From the NCBI GenBank assembly GCA_965645245.1, contig OZ287069.1:1054001-1118000 (forward strand): DNA of 64,000 bases, given 5' to 3'. Each line of letters opens with the position of its first letter. The stretch's first letter is position 1. The stretch is from Massalongia carnosa. Lineage: Eukaryota. Positions 60,482-64,000 of this stretch are shown here, piece after piece. Below the pieces are notes generated by a model. That model saw nothing but the letters and a program-made list of their open reading frames with translations, had not been told where the DNA came from and made no database searches. The position numbers and the translations under genes are program-made.

Positions 60482-62233
60482 TCACCCCTCGACAGCCTGC
60501 TCCTGAGCAACCTCCCCCCTCTCATTCGCAGGCGATAGGCCCGTCTTCGCCGGCCCAATGACGCACACCCCGTCCTTGCTAAAGCGGCTCCCATGCACGG
60601 GGCAATCCCAGCTCTTCTCGACATTATTCCAGCACACGACGCCCTGCAGGTGCGGGCACAGGGCCGAGAACCGATGGACGGCGCCCGCGTCGTCTTTGTA
60701 GACGGCCTGCGGCTTGCTGGTTTTGGGATTCAGCACCCCGCCGGTGCCGGGGGCGAGGTCCTCGATGTCGCGCATGTCGCTCTGCAGGAAGCGCTTGTAT
60801 TGCGTGTTGATCTGCAAGTCGTGGCTGAGCATGCTGGGCAGGGTGGAGAGGGGAGGGAGACGTTTGGGGTTGTAGAGGGCGCTCCATGCGTTTTCGACCG
60901 CCCCGATGCTGTCGGCGATGATTCTGCTGGCGATGACGCCGTGCGTGAGGCCGTGGCCCGTGTCGCCCGTGACGACGTAGATGTGTTTTTTGCCCTGATT
61001 GAGGCCGATGTAGCCGACCTGGTCGACGGCGTCGAAGATTTGCCCGCTCCATTTGTAGTCGACGGAGCCCGCGAGCGTGAAGCGGTCGCGCACCCACTTT
61101 TCTAGTTCCGCGAACCGGCCGTATTCCTGCTCCTGGCCGACTTTGTGGTCGCCGCCGCCAATGACGAGATAATCGTCTTGCTCGTCGCACGCGGTGAAGC
61201 GGATGTAATGATAAGGGTCCGCTTGGTCGTTGATTAGGCAGTCCTCAATGCTGTTCTTAGGTACACGGATCGCGATGCAGTAGGTTCGGAAGTATTCCAT
61301 CTGAGCGACGATGCTTAGTTTTTGCAAGGGAACGCAGGTTGCTTCCACAGCATTTGTGCAGGTGATGGTGTGGCCGTCCAAAGTCCCGATGCGGACTTCT
61401 TTCGTCAAAAGACCTTTCTCCTCGATGGAGATCATCCTCGTACGGGTGTAGCACTCGAAGTTGGGCTGCTTTGCAAGCCATTTAAGTACACCGACAAGGT
61501 ACTGTGTGGGATGAAAGGTGCCTTGCTGCTCAAAGATCGCCACGTCTCTCTGGTCGGGCTTGCCATCCCACCCTTTGATCGTGTACCCCTCTCTAAACGA
61601 AGCAGGGCTGCCGAGCTCCCTTGTCTTTTCCACATCCTCCTTGAGTAGCTTCACCTCGTCGTCATGTTTGGGATCTCCCTTCTCGTATTGAGAGATCTCG
61701 TAGTCGGGCAGCAAGCGATACTCGCATTCAATACCGAGATGTTTGGAGATCTCTCCCACATGTTTGATAGCCCACAGATGGCTTTCAGCGGCGATCCTCG
61801 CACCGCTATTGCCGTGCAGGCTAGCGAGCTCGGTATAACTGGTGTCCAGGGAGCTGGAGAGATGCCCGCTTGTCCGCCCCGTCTCTCCCGAGAGTACCTC
61901 CCGCGCTTCAATCAAGACCACTTTGATTCCGCGACTCACGAGCTCGTAAGCAGTTGAAATCCCAGCGATCCCGGCTCCAACCACGCAGACATCTGTTTGG
62001 AGATCTTTATCGAGCTTGGCGAAGCGAGGCCGGTTGGAGTAGGGCTCTTTGTGAACCCACACGGCGTCAGTCTCACCAGAGGTGTTCATGCAATGCTGTG
62101 GGCTAGACACGGATGCCATTGTGACGCGCTGTACGTAGCATAGATGACTCCTTGAGTGGTATAAAGTGCTTCGAGTGAGAACGGACAGCTTGCGTAAAGG
62201 AGATGTGAAAGTTCGAAACAATGGGATAGTCAT
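60482..62233 (-). CDS. FAD-dependent oxidoreductase (DAO family) with C-terminal Rieske 2Fe-2S domain, YhfW-like; intronless
   Basis: 'DVCVVGAGIAGISTAY', 'GETGRTSGHL', 'GGGDHKVGQ', 'YKWSGQ'; Rieske 'CPHLQG...WDCPVHGSRF'. Confidence 0.9.
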   Translation of the reverse strand: MTIPLFRTFTSPLRKLSVLTRSTLYHSRSHLCYVQRVTMASVSSPQHCMNTSGETDAVWVHKEPYSNRPRFAKLDKDLQTDVCVVGAGIAGISTAYELVSRGIKVVLIEAREVLSGETGRTSGHLSSSLDTSYTELASLHGNSGARIAAESHLWAIKHVGEISKHLGIECEYRLLPDYEISQYEKGDPKHDDEVKLLKEDVEKTRELGSPASFREGYTIKGWDGKPDQRDVAIFEQQGTFHPTQYLVGVLKWLAKQPNFECYTRTRMISIEEKGLLTKEVRIGTLDGHTITCTNAVEATCVPLQKLSIVAQMEYFRTYCIAIRVPKNSIEDCLINDQADPYHYIRFTACDEQDDYLVIGGGDHKVGQEQEYGRFAELEKWVRDRFTLAGSVDYKWSGQIFDAVDQVGYIGLNQGKKHIYVVTGDTGHGLTHGVIASRIIADSIGAVENAWSALYNPKRLPPLSTLPSMLSHDLQINTQYKRFLQSDMRDIEDLAPGTGGVLNPKTSKPQAVYKDDAGAVHRFSALCPHLQGVVCWNNVEKSWDCPVHGSRFSKDGVCVIGPAKTGLSPANERGEVAQEQAVEG

Positions 62234-62263
62234 TGCTTCGTTCCGGCAGGTAAAGATATTCTG

Positions 62264-62748
62264 GAGGTCATCTCACATGATGCTAAATCAAGCACCTGGG
62301 ATGATGATGTGGTGTCACTTACATGGTGATGTCATGAACTTTCTAACCACGACCAAACAGCTCTCCCGACTCGTGTAGGTATTTAATAGCCATAAGTTTA
62401 CCCAATCCTCTGGCCGCAGCTGACTGCCAAGAACTCTTCATGGCTTCAGTGGCTCCAAACAGCTGGCTCGCATAATCATGACGTGAGAAGAGTTAGGAGA
62501 CTTGTTGCGAGGTGAACAAGATGCTCCCGCATGTCAGAACGTATGAATAAGGTTCCCAGAATGCCCATGTTCATTGGCACGGGAGGTGCCGAAGTGCTCA
62601 AATGCCACGCGGAGCAGACCTCCGTGTCCAATCAAAAGTATATGTAATATGTACATGTACATAATGTATTAGATCGGTCAAAGTCGTGCTATGTACACTA
62701 TGTACACGGTATATGTGCTCGGTAATTCCACGTCAACGCTGAGGTCAT
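62264..62748. promoter_or_regulatory. Divergent promoter with several ATF/CRE-like sites
   Basis: TGATGTCAT 62327, ATGACGT 62478, ACGTCA 62730, TGAGGTCAT 62740. Confidence 0.4.
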
Positions 62749-62910
62749 TACGCTGTATTATTCACTTCCCCCGCATATCCTGCCTTCATCATGGAGTTCC
62801 TCAACCCACCTGTATCCTCGCCACCATCCACCTCCTAGCGATACTTCGTGCTTGGTGACAATCCATATCAAGAGGAAAGCGTTTGACTTTCAGAGTACTA
62901 CCGATTGTAA

Positions 62911-64000
62911 ATGGAAATCATGCCGTCCAACGAGGGAGCCACTTCACTTATAAGCCATCCGCTTCAAGCGACCGCAGAGGTGATTGGCAGTATGGGATTA
63001 GATCCTCGAGTCACCCAAAAGGCTTCCTTCTTCATGGGGGCAAACGAGGGTCCGGCAGAGGTCGCCGCAAAGATCTCAGGCCTCAAGGCTGGAGGCAAGC
63101 GTGAAGATGACGGGCCATACTTTACTAACAACGAGGGCATTCCGTGGCCAGATCCGTTAGTAGCTCGGAAACAGGTGTCATGCAGCGGACTAACTAGGGT
63201 TGTCAATGTGCAGAGCTCATAGCAAGACTGTTGGGGGCATACCGGTGGTCAGCGATACGTTTTTGATGCAGAAGCAACAGACCTTTAATCGATCCAAAAT
63301 TCTCGAACGTATGTGCATCCTGTGGTGGAGAGGTGTTGTCAATTAATATAGACTAGGAATGGTACATCCATGTGGAAGCGGCGCATTCGGCCATTTTGAA
63401 GTTACTCATGATGTTACCAGTCTGACCAAGGTTTAAGTCCCTCGTTTGGTGTGCAACACGTATGTTTATTCAGCTATAGGCAAGTTTCCTAAGCACTGTT
63501 GGGCAAAAAACGCCGGTTTTCGTCCGGTTTTCCACCGTCACCTTGGGGAGAGAGTATCCTGACTCTGCTCGGAACCCACGTGGTTTTGCCATCAAATTCT
63601 ACACCGGTGAAGGCAACTACGACATTGTGGGCTTGAATTGGCCGGTCTTTTTCTGCCGTGATCCCATCCAAGGGCCCGATGTGATTCGCTCGCAGAGCAG
63701 GAGTCCTAAGAATTTTCTCCTGGATTATGATGCGCTATTTGATCTGCTGGCCTGTACGCCAGAAGCGTAAGAAACCTGGAACTTTTCAGAGTACAGTCGC
63801 TAAGCTTACGTTAGTAATCATGCTGGTTTGATGTTCTTTAGCGATCATGGCACACCAAAGGGCTGGAGGTTTGAGCACGGTTATGGGTATGGCAAGAGCC
63901 AAGTGTCCCTGAGAATATTGCTAAGAGCGTGTGATACAGTTGCCACACCTTTAAATGGGTCAACAAAGATGGCAAGTTCGTCTATATCAAGTATCATTTC
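62911..64000 (+). CDS. Monofunctional heme catalase, multi-exon, truncated by window end
   Basis: Spliced 'FNRSKILER|MVHPCGSGAFG', 'VRFSTV', 'RNPRGFAIKFYTGEGNYDIVGLN', 'HGYG|CHTFKWVN'. Confidence 0.92.

Noticed and set aside
1..64000. CRISPR arrays, rRNA, intact tRNA, telomeric repeats, secondary-metabolite backbone genes
   Set aside because: None seen by eye; a small intron-containing tRNA could have been missed.

Overview
Eukaryotic DNA with many introns, from a filamentous ascomycete (Pezizomycotina; a lichen-forming Lecanoromycete is my guess, not shown). It holds about 20 host genes: Med11, Vps5, Dcr2, Gpc1, Smc1, a BTB protein, a hypothetical membrane protein, Pdx1/E3BP, Pho13, Ape4, Cdh1, Yta7, Dut1, Bud16, PCNA, vezatin, an APH-family kinase, a C2H2 transcription factor, a YhfW-like FAD/Rieske oxidoreductase and a catalase cut off by the window end. 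There are two host pseudogenes (SDR, caleosin) and four transposons: a decayed Ty1/copia with its 3' LTR, a 5'-truncated Tad1-type LINE with a 15-bp TSD, and two Tc1/mariner-fold DD38E DNA transposons. Most unusual observations: (1) the two DD38E elements are each 1303 bp, end in CACGCGGG...CCCGCGTG and have non-TA target duplications (5 bp and about 8 bp); (2) repeat hypermutation appears biased to CpC->TpC rather than the canonical RIP CpA->TpA; (3) the PDH E3-binding protein has no lipoyl domain; (4) a candidate structured Pol III ncRNA with a tRNA-like leader lies beside DUT1; (5) the PCNA start codon appears to be split by a GC-AG intron. Gene spans include introns. Exon boundaries and counts were read by eye.
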